Positions 9,731 to 18,419 of a DNA stretch of 52,972 nt are shown piece by piece; position 1 is the first letter of the stretch, and each line of letters begins with the position of its first letter. The position numbers and the translations under genes are program-made. The DNA lies in assembly GCA_024276955.1 (NCBI GenBank), contig JAJRWE010000044.1, positions 1 to 52,972 on the forward strand, written 5' to 3'. The notes under the pieces are model-generated. The model worked only from the letters and a program-made list of their open reading frames with translations, was not told the DNA's origin and made no database searches. This DNA is from Gammaproteobacteria bacterium. Its GTDB lineage: Bacteria; Pseudomonadota; Gammaproteobacteria; SZUA-152.

Positions 9731-10665
9731 TGCAGAGGTTCAAGGACAAGATAATCGTACTGGTTGTAGATGACTCACCGGACTCACTGGAGATGGTTAA
9801 TCTCGCCTTGGATGAGGCTGGAATTGCGGTACTCATTGCACTCAATGGCCAGCAGGCTATGAAAGTCCTCGAGCAGATTACGCCCGATGTCATTTTGATG
9901 GATGCCATCATGCCGGTCATGGATGGTTTTGAGTGCGCCACTGAGATTCGAAAGCGTTTACCGCTGATTCCGATTATCTTCATGACCGGCCTCAGTGAAG
10001 TCGAGCATATTGTCAAAGCCTTCGATGCCGGAGGAAATGATTACATTGTCAAACCGATCCATCCCGAGGAATTGTTAGTGCGTATTCGTCAACATACCAC
10101 CAGCACACGCATGTTGATGGAGGCTCAGAAGGCACTGGATTCACTGCGTCAGTGCGTGTTTTGCATTGATGGCCGGGGGCACATTTTGTGGGCAACACCA
10201 GACGCACAGACTTTATTGAATCAGATGCAAATAGAAGTGGATTCAGTTGCTCTGGGCGAAAGATTCAGTCGTTGGCTGCCCAGTGGTCAGGCCGGGCATG
10301 ATTTGGCCCTGCCTTTACGCGAGCAGGATGCTGTGCTGACGGTCTACTATTTCAAACAAACCGGGGAGGATGAGTATCTGCTGAAGATTCAGTCTCCCAA
10401 TATTGAAATTGACCCAGCGATCCTGCAAGAAAGCCTGGCCATAACCTATCGTGAAGCAGAGGTTTTGCTTTGGTTGGCTCACGGGAAAACCAATCGGGAA
10501 ATTGCCGAGATTCTTGAAATGAGCCCGAGAACAGTCAATAAACACCTTGAACAAATGTATCCCAAGATCGGCGCGGACAATCGCACCGTTGCAGCCTCCG
10601 TTGCAATACAAATTATCCTTGGTGGGCGTATCGGCCGCCCGCCAAGCCAGGAAGGCTCTATTTAG
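9730..10665 (+). CDS. Response regulator, REC plus C-terminal LuxR-type HTH
   Basis: VVDD...LMDAIMP receiver; TYREAEVLLWLAHGKTNREIAEILEMSPRTVNKHL HTH; start overlaps the kinase stop. Confidence 0.92.
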   Translation: MQRFKDKIIVLVVDDSPDSLEMVNLALDEAGIAVLIALNGQQAMKVLEQITPDVILMDAIMPVMDGFECATEIRKRLPLIPIIFMTGLSEVEHIVKAFDAGGNDYIVKPIHPEELLVRIRQHTTSTRMLMEAQKALDSLRQCVFCIDGRGHILWATPDAQTLLNQMQIEVDSVALGERFSRWLPSGQAGHDLALPLREQDAVLTVYYFKQTGEDEYLLKIQSPNIEIDPAILQESLAITYREAEVLLWLAHGKTNREIAEILEMSPRTVNKHLEQMYPKIGADNRTVAASVAIQIILGGRIGRPPSQEGSI

Positions 10666-10708
10666 TCGTCCTAGGACTCGAGGTGCAATGGAAACCTCTG
10701 AAGAATGA

Positions 10709-10802
10709 AAGCTGCTCGCTTATGGACGAAGTGAGCCAGCCCGACTTATGCGGGATATCGCCTCATAGCCATGTGAGCTGTACTAAAGTCAGATTAATGA
10801 AA
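10709..10802 (-). repeat. Diverged copy of the tRNA-linked repeat unit found at 16530-16769
   Basis: Shares blocks such as CCGACTTATGCGGGAT and AGTCAGnTTAATGAAA with those units, in the same position next to a tRNA 3' end. Confidence 0.75.
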
Positions 10803-10847
10803 TGGTGGGCGATGCTGGGTTCGAACCAGAGCCCCCTGCCGTGTGAA
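10803..10847 (-). repeat. att site: duplicated 3' part of tRNA-Val
   Basis: 42/45 identical to 16770-16814 and ends in the anticodon loop (...CCCTGCCGTGTGAA). Confidence 0.88.
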
Positions 10848-11174
10848 TCCGTTATCACACCCGTTCTGTTCAAGTATTTACAGACTAACACAAGAAATAA
10901 CAGTCACATAGTCTGTCTTCCAAGAAGGTCGAATCACGCCGAATTTCGTTCGCAGTGTGACAAATTTGTGACAAGGTATTGCCTGTCAGGATGACGTAAT
11001 TAGTTAAAATCCATTGCTGGACTGAGATGAATGGTTTGGAATGTTCGGTGTTTACGGTAACCTCGAAGCAGGATATTCAAACAAAAATGCTCTGGGCTAT
11101 GTTCGAATGACAAGGTTCAATCCGTTGCTTTCGTTCAAGGCCGCTGGAGCGAGTGTCGGATTTCAGATCACGCT

Positions 11175-13520
11175 GTGCGGTGGTGTGTCGAAGCGGCCGG
11201 AAAGATCCCTTTTACTACGCTCCAGCCCGAGACCCTGGTGTGGAAGCTGGCTGCGCGTGTGCAGTTTGCGGCCACCGGGCAAGAACTCGATCGCGAGGAT
11301 CATGTGTTCAATCGTGGTGAGTTGCCAACGCTATTTGAGCAGCTCGTGGAGCAACTGCAGGAATTTCCTGCTGTTCCCAACGATTTCAGACCACAAAAGG
11401 ATGAGCCGGTTCTTATTTCAGGGGCCCCCGTCCGGTTGATCGTTGGATTCTCTGGAGCCGGAAAGACAGTTTGGGCTTCCTGGCAGGCGCGACACTGCTC
11501 TGCGCCAGCAGTGTACTTCGATGTGGGTGATTTGCCAGGGAACGCCCTTGCAGGGTCACTCGCCCGTGAACTGGCTGCGCGGTTTCTTGGCCCCGGAACG
11601 ACGGGCGCTGCTCAGTTGCCCGCAGCCTCCGGCCTAGAACTCTTAAAGGCTCTGAACAATCGACTCGACCTTCCGGAGCCGCCCCTTGTTGTGCTCGATA
11701 ATGTCCACCGGATAGTAGCGGAAGACATGAGGCACATTGTTGAAGCTTGCCAAAGCGTACGTTTCATCCTGATGGCTCAGCCTTGGTCGGGCAGGACGCA
11801 GCTCGAAGCTCATCTGAACATTCGATCGGAAGAACTTCGCGGCTGGGATGATGACACCATCGCATCAGTGTTCGCGAGCGCTGGTGCAACTATTAGTCCG
11901 CAGACGGCATCTCGATGGCGATCTATCACCGCTGGTATGCCGCTTTTTGTTAAAAACGCCGCTTTGTTGAGTGTCTGTCTGGCGGATGGGGATGCGGCGG
12001 CATTCGCTGAGCAAGTCGAGCAAGGTGAGCATCCTGAAGAGCTCGCTCAGGAAGCGCTGCTTCGCTTGACGATTGAAGCCCTGTCAGTTGACGAGACTGC
12101 AATCGCAGCCGCGCTTTCCTTGTCTACAGTCCCGCTGTCGACTGAAGAGGTTGGAAGATATCTCGAAGCTTTGCCCACAGCGGTTAGGCGGCAGTCTACT
12201 GTAATGCATTCGCTGCAACGAAAGGGATTTGTACAGGTTTTCGCCAATGGCATTCGAAAAGTTCATGACGCGATGCGCGTGCCCGCCGGTGATCTCCTTC
12301 TTGGGTATTCGGCGGATGAGGTCCTGGTTTTGCAGGTCAGATTGCGCGATATCTTTCTCGCGTCGCTTCTCGAAGTCCATGATCTCACGCGTTTCGGTGC
12401 CTGGATACATTTGCTGCCGCCGACTGGGCAAGTCGAGACTCTTGTCGATATCGCTACGACGGAATATTTTCATGAGTTCGGTGAACCGCATGATCTTAAG
12501 CAGATCCTCTTATCTGTCGCTGACGCAGAAAATACGGACCCGTCCCTGCGATTTTGGACTTTGGATGCACTGGCGTTTTGGCAATTCCAAGAGTCAGAAC
12601 CTAGGCGCTTGCCGGATGACTATCTCGCACGAATGGCTGAACTCGTCACCACCGGCGAACTGGATAACCGTGAGTCCGCTGCCTTGGTCATGAAGCAAAT
12701 GCTCAATGCTGGACTTAGGCAGGACAGGCGGGCAGCCGATGCTGCGTTCGAAAGCGCGCGCGAACTTTGCGGGACTGACCCGGAGCTGTCTCGAATCGTA
12801 CGCTACAATTACGCGACCGCGCTTTTCCATAGTGGCGCCCGACAGGAAGCACACTCGCTTGCTGAATCGCTCTATGCTGAGTATTTTGATGTTCTCGATT
12901 TGCGCCCACGCAACATCATCGGCGCCAATGCTCACCAGATTATTGATCAACTTTCGGGTGGTTTGGTCGAACATCAGGATGATCTGAAGCATATGGCCGA
13001 TTGTCTGAATCTGGCGGCTATGTGCCTTCGACAGGAGGGTAAACACCCAGGGCTTGCGGCTGTTCACGCAGCGAAATTCTACCAAGTGTCGGGCTCGCAC
13101 AAATCGGCCATGAAGACCGCCCAGGATATAACTGATGATTTCATTGGGGTTGGAGACGCGGAGGGCGCACGCCAGGTCATGGAGGACCATGCCATTCCGC
13201 TGCTGAAGTTCATGCAGTTTACGTCTGGTGTTCTAGACGTTCGCGCACAGTATGCGGTAGTGCTCGCCTATTGTGGTGAATTTGAGCGTGCTCGCGCGGA
13301 AATGGCCGCGCTTGAACCGTATGTCACGGAAGCACCGCCAGAGCACCAGGTAGGCATCGCGAATCAGCGTCGGCTCATAGAAAAGATTGCTGCCGCACCA
13401 GATGTCCATATGCCCAGACACGTAACTCCCAATCCGCCTTATAGTACTAGAAAGGTGGGTCGAAACGAACCCTGCCCATGTGGGTCCGGAAGAAAGTACA
13501 AGAAGTGCTGTCTCAGCTGA
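11175..13520 (+). CDS. STAND-like P-loop ATPase with helical-repeat region and C-terminal SEC-C motif (5' end possibly truncated)
   Basis: Walker A GFSGAGKT, Walker B VVLDNVH, TAGMPLFV (GxP-like) motif, C-terminal KVGRNEPCPCGSGRKYKKCC. Confidence 0.75.
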   Translation: MRWCVEAAGKIPFTTLQPETLVWKLAARVQFAATGQELDREDHVFNRGELPTLFEQLVEQLQEFPAVPNDFRPQKDEPVLISGAPVRLIVGFSGAGKTVWASWQARHCSAPAVYFDVGDLPGNALAGSLARELAARFLGPGTTGAAQLPAASGLELLKALNNRLDLPEPPLVVLDNVHRIVAEDMRHIVEACQSVRFILMAQPWSGRTQLEAHLNIRSEELRGWDDDTIASVFASAGATISPQTASRWRSITAGMPLFVKNAALLSVCLADGDAAAFAEQVEQGEHPEELAQEALLRLTIEALSVDETAIAAALSLSTVPLSTEEVGRYLEALPTAVRRQSTVMHSLQRKGFVQVFANGIRKVHDAMRVPAGDLLLGYSADEVLVLQVRLRDIFLASLLEVHDLTRFGAWIHLLPPTGQVETLVDIATTEYFHEFGEPHDLKQILLSVADAENTDPSLRFWTLDALAFWQFQESEPRRLPDDYLARMAELVTTGELDNRESAALVMKQMLNAGLRQDRRAADAAFESARELCGTDPELSRIVRYNYATALFHSGARQEAHSLAESLYAEYFDVLDLRPRNIIGANAHQIIDQLSGGLVEHQDDLKHMADCLNLAAMCLRQEGKHPGLAAVHAAKFYQVSGSHKSAMKTAQDITDDFIGVGDAEGARQVMEDHAIPLLKFMQFTSGVLDVRAQYAVVLAYCGEFERARAEMAALEPYVTEAPPEHQVGIANQRRLIEKIAAAPDVHMPRHVTPNPPYSTRKVGRNEPCPCGSGRKYKKCCLS

Positions 13521-13785
13521 AGCTATGCCCCTGCCTCCGCACCCACGAGATAGGTTGTCAAGCGCTTATCTCAGGAAGAATCTTCTGCATCAGGCCCGTT
13601 TCGCCGCTAATTCATGTGAATGGATTTAGCGTGGCCCCGCAGTGAGACCACGTGTCTCATAGTGCCACTGACATGACCGCAAGGTTTGTAAAAGAAGTTG
13701 GTAGCTTTCAGTTCACTCCAGTATTTTCGTCATATACTTTGTCTTGAAGTGCGTATATCAGTTATTCGGTCCTTGCAGTCAGTCT

Positions 13786-14742
13786 TTACAATGCAGCTAT
13801 CTGCGCCTGAATCCTGTCAAGAATAGTGTTGAAAGAAATTTGCTCGTTGAAATAGAGCGATGCTGTTGCCTCGTATGCGAGGGTGTACTGGTCCCGGGTT
13901 GTCGGATCAGATAAAAGAAATGCCTCGTTTTCGCTAATGTTCAAATTGTCTCCGGTTCTGAACCGTATCTTCTTTCGTGCATGGTATTCAGAAGTGCCGA
14001 TGAATGCTGCCACATCCGGATGTTCCAGAAGCTGACTGATGTCATAGTAGTGCCGCATGAAGTTTTGAGGCAGCTTTCCCTTTTCCTGTTGCTGACGAAA
14101 CTTGGTGGAGACGGTCTGCAGCTTTTCGACAAAGGTATAGCCCGGGTGATAGCACGGAACGTTGATTGCCCGGTTGTCTGGGATAGCGACATCGCTTTGT
14201 GATGCCTTGTCGTAGGCCCAGGAAGAGATTGTCTGAGGTGAGTTCGGTTGTGTGTCATCGAAACCCGTTTCCAGAAGGATGCCTTCTTTCAGGCCAACCG
14301 GTTTGTCAAAGGCGCTGTCGTAATGTAGACGGATACCACCGCTCCTGAATTTATCATCATCGAAAGCATGGTCGCGCGCCACGCTGCTGATGCCTTCGAT
14401 TTGAATCGTATCAGCAAGCCAGTCATAGAACTGTTGCCTGGATTCGATATGCCGCGCTTTTTTCGTTTGATTGGCAGCGGTGAATACTTCAAAGGGTGCG
14501 CATGCCGGGTCAATGCGAATATCGATGTCTTCGGAAAAACGCTGGATAATGCTGTAGCCTTTGGATAGTGAGGTGCCACCCTTGAGTTCGAAGGTGAAGC
14601 CCTGGGCTGCGAGACCATACAGGCAGTGCATGATCCAGTAGTCCTTTTCAACGAGCGCTGGTAACAGACTGCGCTTATCGGCAACGATTCGGATCAGATC
14701 GGGAAAATCAGATCGTTCATGCAGGTAAGGATCAGGCGGCAT
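13786..14742 (-). CDS. AbiEii/AbiGii-family nucleotidyltransferase toxin
   Basis: VEKDYW, LKGGTSLSKGY..IQRFSEDID, EKL and RHYYD motifs. Confidence 0.9.
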   Translation of the reverse strand: MPPDPYLHERSDFPDLIRIVADKRSLLPALVEKDYWIMHCLYGLAAQGFTFELKGGTSLSKGYSIIQRFSEDIDIRIDPACAPFEVFTAANQTKKARHIESRQQFYDWLADTIQIEGISSVARDHAFDDDKFRSGGIRLHYDSAFDKPVGLKEGILLETGFDDTQPNSPQTISSWAYDKASQSDVAIPDNRAINVPCYHPGYTFVEKLQTVSTKFRQQQEKGKLPQNFMRHYYDISQLLEHPDVAAFIGTSEYHARKKIRFRTGDNLNISENEAFLLSDPTTRDQYTLAYEATASLYFNEQISFNTILDRIQAQIAAL

Positions 14743-15313
14743 CTGTCAGCACCTGATCAAAGAATTTACGGGTAGCGACCTTGCCGTAGTTACGAGCGGC
14801 CAGCCGGAGTTTGCTGGCGTTCAATTCTTTTGCCTTGCTGCGCGCGTTTGCACGCAGAATTTCTGTATCCTCTGCAAGTGCAGGCAGGTTATTCAGAAGG
14901 TCCACCAGCAGAAATTCCTCAGTGAGTTTCCGGGGGAAGCGGGGCTTCCTGCGAAATTCAAAGGGGAGTCCTCCCAGCGTGAAGCGGCCGTGGCGCTTGT
15001 GGTTATAAACAACACGGGTGTTATAGAGCTGCGTTGTACCCAGGCCCAGGGTGTTGTAGGCATTCGGAGAGGTGAGCAGGAAGTCATCCTCTTTCAGGAA
15101 ACGGCGCACCAGTTCCCGCTCGTCTGCCGGTACCTGCCCAAAAGCCGAGTGTTTGGGATAGTAATACAGCCCATTTTGCAGTTTCTGTAATACACCCTGG
15201 TCGACCAGCTCACGCGCGTGGCGGTCAACGCTTTTTGACCATTGGGCGAGCTCCGCGCGCCGGTACACACGACCGGGCTGCAGGTGTCTTTTCAGTTGTT
15301 CCGAGCGTTTCAT
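14732..15313 (-). CDS. Cognate AbiEi-like antitoxin/regulator (type IV TA)
   Basis: N-terminal wHTH-like segment (..GVLQKLQNGLYY..), NTLGLGTTQL motif; overlaps the toxin start; MKRSEQ start chosen because it follows GAGGA. Confidence 0.8.
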   Translation of the reverse strand: MKRSEQLKRHLQPGRVYRRAELAQWSKSVDRHARELVDQGVLQKLQNGLYYYPKHSAFGQVPADERELVRRFLKEDDFLLTSPNAYNTLGLGTTQLYNTRVVYNHKRHGRFTLGGLPFEFRRKPRFPRKLTEEFLLVDLLNNLPALAEDTEILRANARSKAKELNASKLRLAARNYGKVATRKFFDQVLTDAA

Positions 15314-15452
15314 AGCCAATTCCTCATGCTTGGTCAATATAGCTTCTGCCGGCAGAAATGACAATAATTTTAATAAAAAAACATGCAAAAATATATGTAT
15401 CTTATTGTAATTACTATATTCATAGGTCTCGTAGTGTTGTGAAAATAGGGTG

Positions 15453-16430
15453 CTATCCGAGCTTCCCCGCCAAATCCTCCGCCTTCAAATGTGTATACCG
15501 ACGTAGCATCCGTAGATCCTTATGCCCGGTAATACTGGCGACTTCCATAATATTCAGACCCTTCTCAAACAGCCGGGTAGTGGCCTCATGACGCAAGTCG
15601 TGGAAGCGGAGGTTCTCGATGTCGGCCCGACGTACTGCACGAATATAGGCGCGTTTGATGGCTTCGGTGGTAGTGCCGGGGAAAGCCGGCCCGTGAACAC
15701 TCTGGGGTTGGGCGTGCAGTACCTGGATGGCTGTCGTGGACAGCGGCACGGTCCGTGACTCACCGTTCTTGGTGTCCGGCAAATGCGCAGTACGGCGATC
15801 CAGGTTGATGTGTTCCCAGCGCAGTCGGATTAGTTCACCCTGACGCATGGCGATCTCCAGCGCCAGCTGTACGATCGGCAGCAGATAGGAATTACGCGCC
15901 TCCAGACATGCGGTCAGCAGGCGGGATTCTTCCCCCTCTTAGCTGGCGTCGGCTCCGCGGGCTGCCGACAGCTTAATATCGCGTACAGGGTTATGGACAT
16001 GGATGCCCCATTCCTTAGCGGGCCACTTCGAAGACATGACCGAGCAGTACCAGGTTCTGTTTGACGGTCGCAGATGAGACCTTCTGCAGCCGCTCGTCCC
16101 GAGCACGGGCAATATTAATACCACGGATGCCAGCGACAAATCGTTGGGCGAGGGGGTGTTTCATGAAAACGCACAGGCGGTTTGTTTCGGCTGCCGCGCT
16201 TTTCTTCAACGGGGTGACTTCCACCAGGTAGCGTTCCAGCAGTTCCTCGAGTGTAGTGGGCTCGGCCTCGACGCGAGAAATGAATACACCTTTGTCCATC
16301 TCGACTTCAATAGAGCGTGCCCACTGCTCAGCGTGAGCGCGTGTCTCAAAGGTTTTGGTTTGCAGAGGTTGGCCCTTTTTCGGACCTGCGCCTGCCATTG
16401 CCAGGGGCCGTGTTTTCTGAAGGTTGCCAC
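15453..16430 (-). pseudogene. Tyrosine integrase broken by several frameshifts/stop
   Basis: Pieces in different frames: VATFRKHGPWQWQAQVRK / TKTFETRAHAEQWAR...LGHVFEVAR / KEWGIHVHNPV / AMRQGEL...TKNG...FHDLRHEA...TGHKDLRMLRRY (catalytic R-K-H-R-H-Y set). Confidence 0.88.
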
Positions 16431-16431
16431 A

Positions 16432-16525
16432 GTCACACTCGTTCGCGAACGAGTGTGACAATGTTGTGACATATACTCAGTTGGTAACCAATACAGGGGG
16501 TGGCGTGGTTATTAACTGGTTGATT
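16432..16525. promoter_or_regulatory. Integrase-proximal palindrome, arm-type repeats and IHF site
   Basis: 28-bp perfect palindrome GTCACACTCGTTCGCGAACGAGTGTGAC; TGTGACA-N4-TGTGACA; TAACTGGTTGATT matches the IHF consensus. Confidence 0.6.
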
Positions 16526-16529
16526 TGAT

Positions 16530-16769
16530 TGGTGGGCGATGCTGGGTTCGAACCAGCTTAGTCAGACTTGTGAACGAAGAGAGCTAGTCCGACTTATGCG
16601 GGATTAAACCCATGGAACCATGGGGCTATGCGGAGTCAGGTTAATGAAATGGTGGGCGATGCTGGGTTCGAACCAGCTTAGTCAAACTTACGAACGCAGA
16701 GAGATAGTTGGACTTATGCGGGATTAAACCCATGGAACCATGGGGCTATGCGGAGTCAGGTTAATGAAA
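16530..16769 (-). repeat. Two tandem 120-bp tRNA-linked repeats, each ending in the tRNA T-arm, 3' acceptor strand and CCA
   Basis: Exact 120-bp period (16530, 16650, then the tRNA at 16770); the units differ at 7 positions. Confidence 0.92.
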
Positions 16770-16844
16770 TGGTGGGCGATACTGGGTTCGAACCAGTGAC
16801 CCCTGCCGTGTGAAGGCAGTGCTCTCCCACTGAGCTAATCGCCC
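16770..16844 (-). tRNA. tRNA-Val(CAC)
   Basis: GGGCGATTAGCTCAG...CTGCC-TTCACAC-GGCAG...GGTTCGAACCC...ATCGCCCACCA cloverleaf. Confidence 0.97.
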
Positions 16845-16863
16845 GAATCTTTCGAGGAGTGGG

Positions 16864-16892
16864 ATTCTACGAATTGGTGGGGGTTGCGTCAA
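16864..16892 (-). promoter_or_regulatory. Sigma70 promoter of tRNA-Val
   Basis: TTGACG-N17-TAGAAT on the minus strand. Confidence 0.75.
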
Positions 16893-17006
16893 ACTTCATT
16901 GCTTCGAAGGGACGGTGCGCCGGTTGTTGTTCTGCAATCCCTCCTTTTTGCCAAACGGCTTGCTACAATGGCGTTCCTTTTCAGTCTGAATGAGTGAATA
17001 CCCATC

Positions 17007-18410
17007 ATGCGTACGCGTTTTGCGCCCAGTCCCACGGGTTATCTGCACATCGGTGGCGCCCGCACCGCCCTCTATTCCTGGCTGCATGCCCGCAAGCATG
17101 GGGGCCGTTTCGTGCTGCGTATCGAGGATACGGACCGGGAGCGCTCTACGACGGAGTCGGTCAATGCCATTTTGGAGGGCATGACCTGGCTGGGGCTGGA
17201 ATACGATGAGGGGCCGTTCTACCAGACGGAACGTTTTGCACGCTATAACGAGGTGATCCAGCAGCTGATGGACAAGGGCCTGGCCTATCGCTGCTATTGT
17301 ACCCGCGAGGAGCTGGACGCGATGCGCGAGGAGGCCATGAAGCGCAAGGAGAAGCCGCGTTACGATGCGCGCTGCCGCACTCGCAGCGAGGCACGTGAAG
17401 GCGTGGAGCCGGTGATCCGCTTCAAGAATCCCACCGATGGCGTGGTGGTGGTGGAGGACCTCATCAAGGGCAAGGTGGCGTTTCAGAATACCGAGCTGGA
17501 CGACCTGATCATCGCTCGCAGCGACGGCACGCCGACCTACAATCTGACCGTGGTGGTGGACGACTGGGACATGGGTATTACCCACGTGATCCGCGGTGAC
17601 GACCACCTCAACAACACGCCACGCCAGATCAACCTGCTCAAGGCCCTGGGCGCCGAACTGCCCATCTATGCCCATGTACCGATGATCCTCGGCGAGGACG
17701 GCAAGCGCCTGTCCAAGCGCCACGGCGCGGTGAGCGTGATGCAGTACCGCGAGGAGGGCTATCTGCCCGAGGCGCTGCTCAACTATCTGGTGCGTCTGGG
17801 CTGGTCCAGCGGCGATCAGGAGATCTTTTCCCTCGATGAGATGATCGAACTGTTCGACGTCAGCGATGTGGGTGGCGCCGCTTCTACCTTCAATCCCGAA
17901 AAGCTGCTGTGGCTGAACCAGCAGTACATTATGGCCGCCGAACCGGAAAAGATCGCCCACCACCTGGGCATCCACCTCGGCAAGCTGGGCATCGACCCCT
18001 GCGACGGCCCGGACATCATGGACGTGGTGATGGCGCAGAAAGAGCGCGCCCAGACGCTGGTGGAAATGGCGCAGATCAGTGAGTTCATCTACCGCGACTT
18101 CGAGGATTTCGACGAGCAGGCGGCGAAGAAGCACCTGCGGCCGGTGGCGCAAGAGCCGCTGGAGAAAATGCGCGAGGCGCTGGCGGCGGTGGAAGACTGG
18201 CAACCCGAGGTCTTGCACCAGGTGGTGAAGGATGTCTCCGAGGCATTGGACGTGAAGATGGGCAAGGTGGCCCAGCCGCTGCGCGTGGCCGTAGTGGGGC
18301 GTGCGGCCTCGCCGGGCATCGACGTCACCCTGCACCTGGTCGGCAAAGAGGCCTGTCTGCGGCGTATCGACAAAGCGCTGGAATTCATTCGCCAGCGCGC
18401 AGCGAACTGA
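17007..18410 (+). CDS. gltX: Glutamate--tRNA ligase
   Basis: [23 protein letters not shown] and LSKR motifs. Confidence 0.97.
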   Translation: MRTRFAPSPTGYLHIGGARTALYSWLHARKHGGRFVLRIEDTDRERSTTESVNAILEGMTWLGLEYDEGPFYQTERFARYNEVIQQLMDKGLAYRCYCTREELDAMREEAMKRKEKPRYDARCRTRSEAREGVEPVIRFKNPTDGVVVVEDLIKGKVAFQNTELDDLIIARSDGTPTYNLTVVVDDWDMGITHVIRGDDHLNNTPRQINLLKALGAELPIYAHVPMILGEDGKRLSKRHGAVSVMQYREEGYLPEALLNYLVRLGWSSGDQEIFSLDEMIELFDVSDVGGAASTFNPEKLLWLNQQYIMAAEPEKIAHHLGIHLGKLGIDPCDGPDIMDVVMAQKERAQTLVEMAQISEFIYRDFEDFDEQAAKKHLRPVAQEPLEKMREALAAVEDWQPEVLHQVVKDVSEALDVKMGKVAQPLRVAVVGRAASPGIDVTLHLVGKEACLRRIDKALEFIRQRAAN

Positions 18411-18419
18411 GGTTTGTCA

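Larger units (their letters stand above)
10803..16814. mobile_element. Decayed integrative island at tRNA-Val(CAC)
   Basis: Flanking 45-bp direct repeat, integrase pseudogene next to the tRNA, TGTGACA-N4-TGTGACA repeats near both ends, and defence/TA-like cargo. Confidence 0.85.

Noticed and set aside
10803-10847. Additional tRNA gene
   Set aside because: Only the 3' part is present, with no D-arm or 5' acceptor strand. It is an att duplication.
16530-16795. CRISPR array (three ~26-bp repeats at regular spacing)
   Set aside because: The repeats are tRNA 3' ends, the 94-bp spacers are nearly identical to each other, and no cas genes are present.
16896-18335. 479-aa minus-strand ORF
   Set aside because: Antisense shadow of gltX caused by GC-rich codon bias; no motifs.
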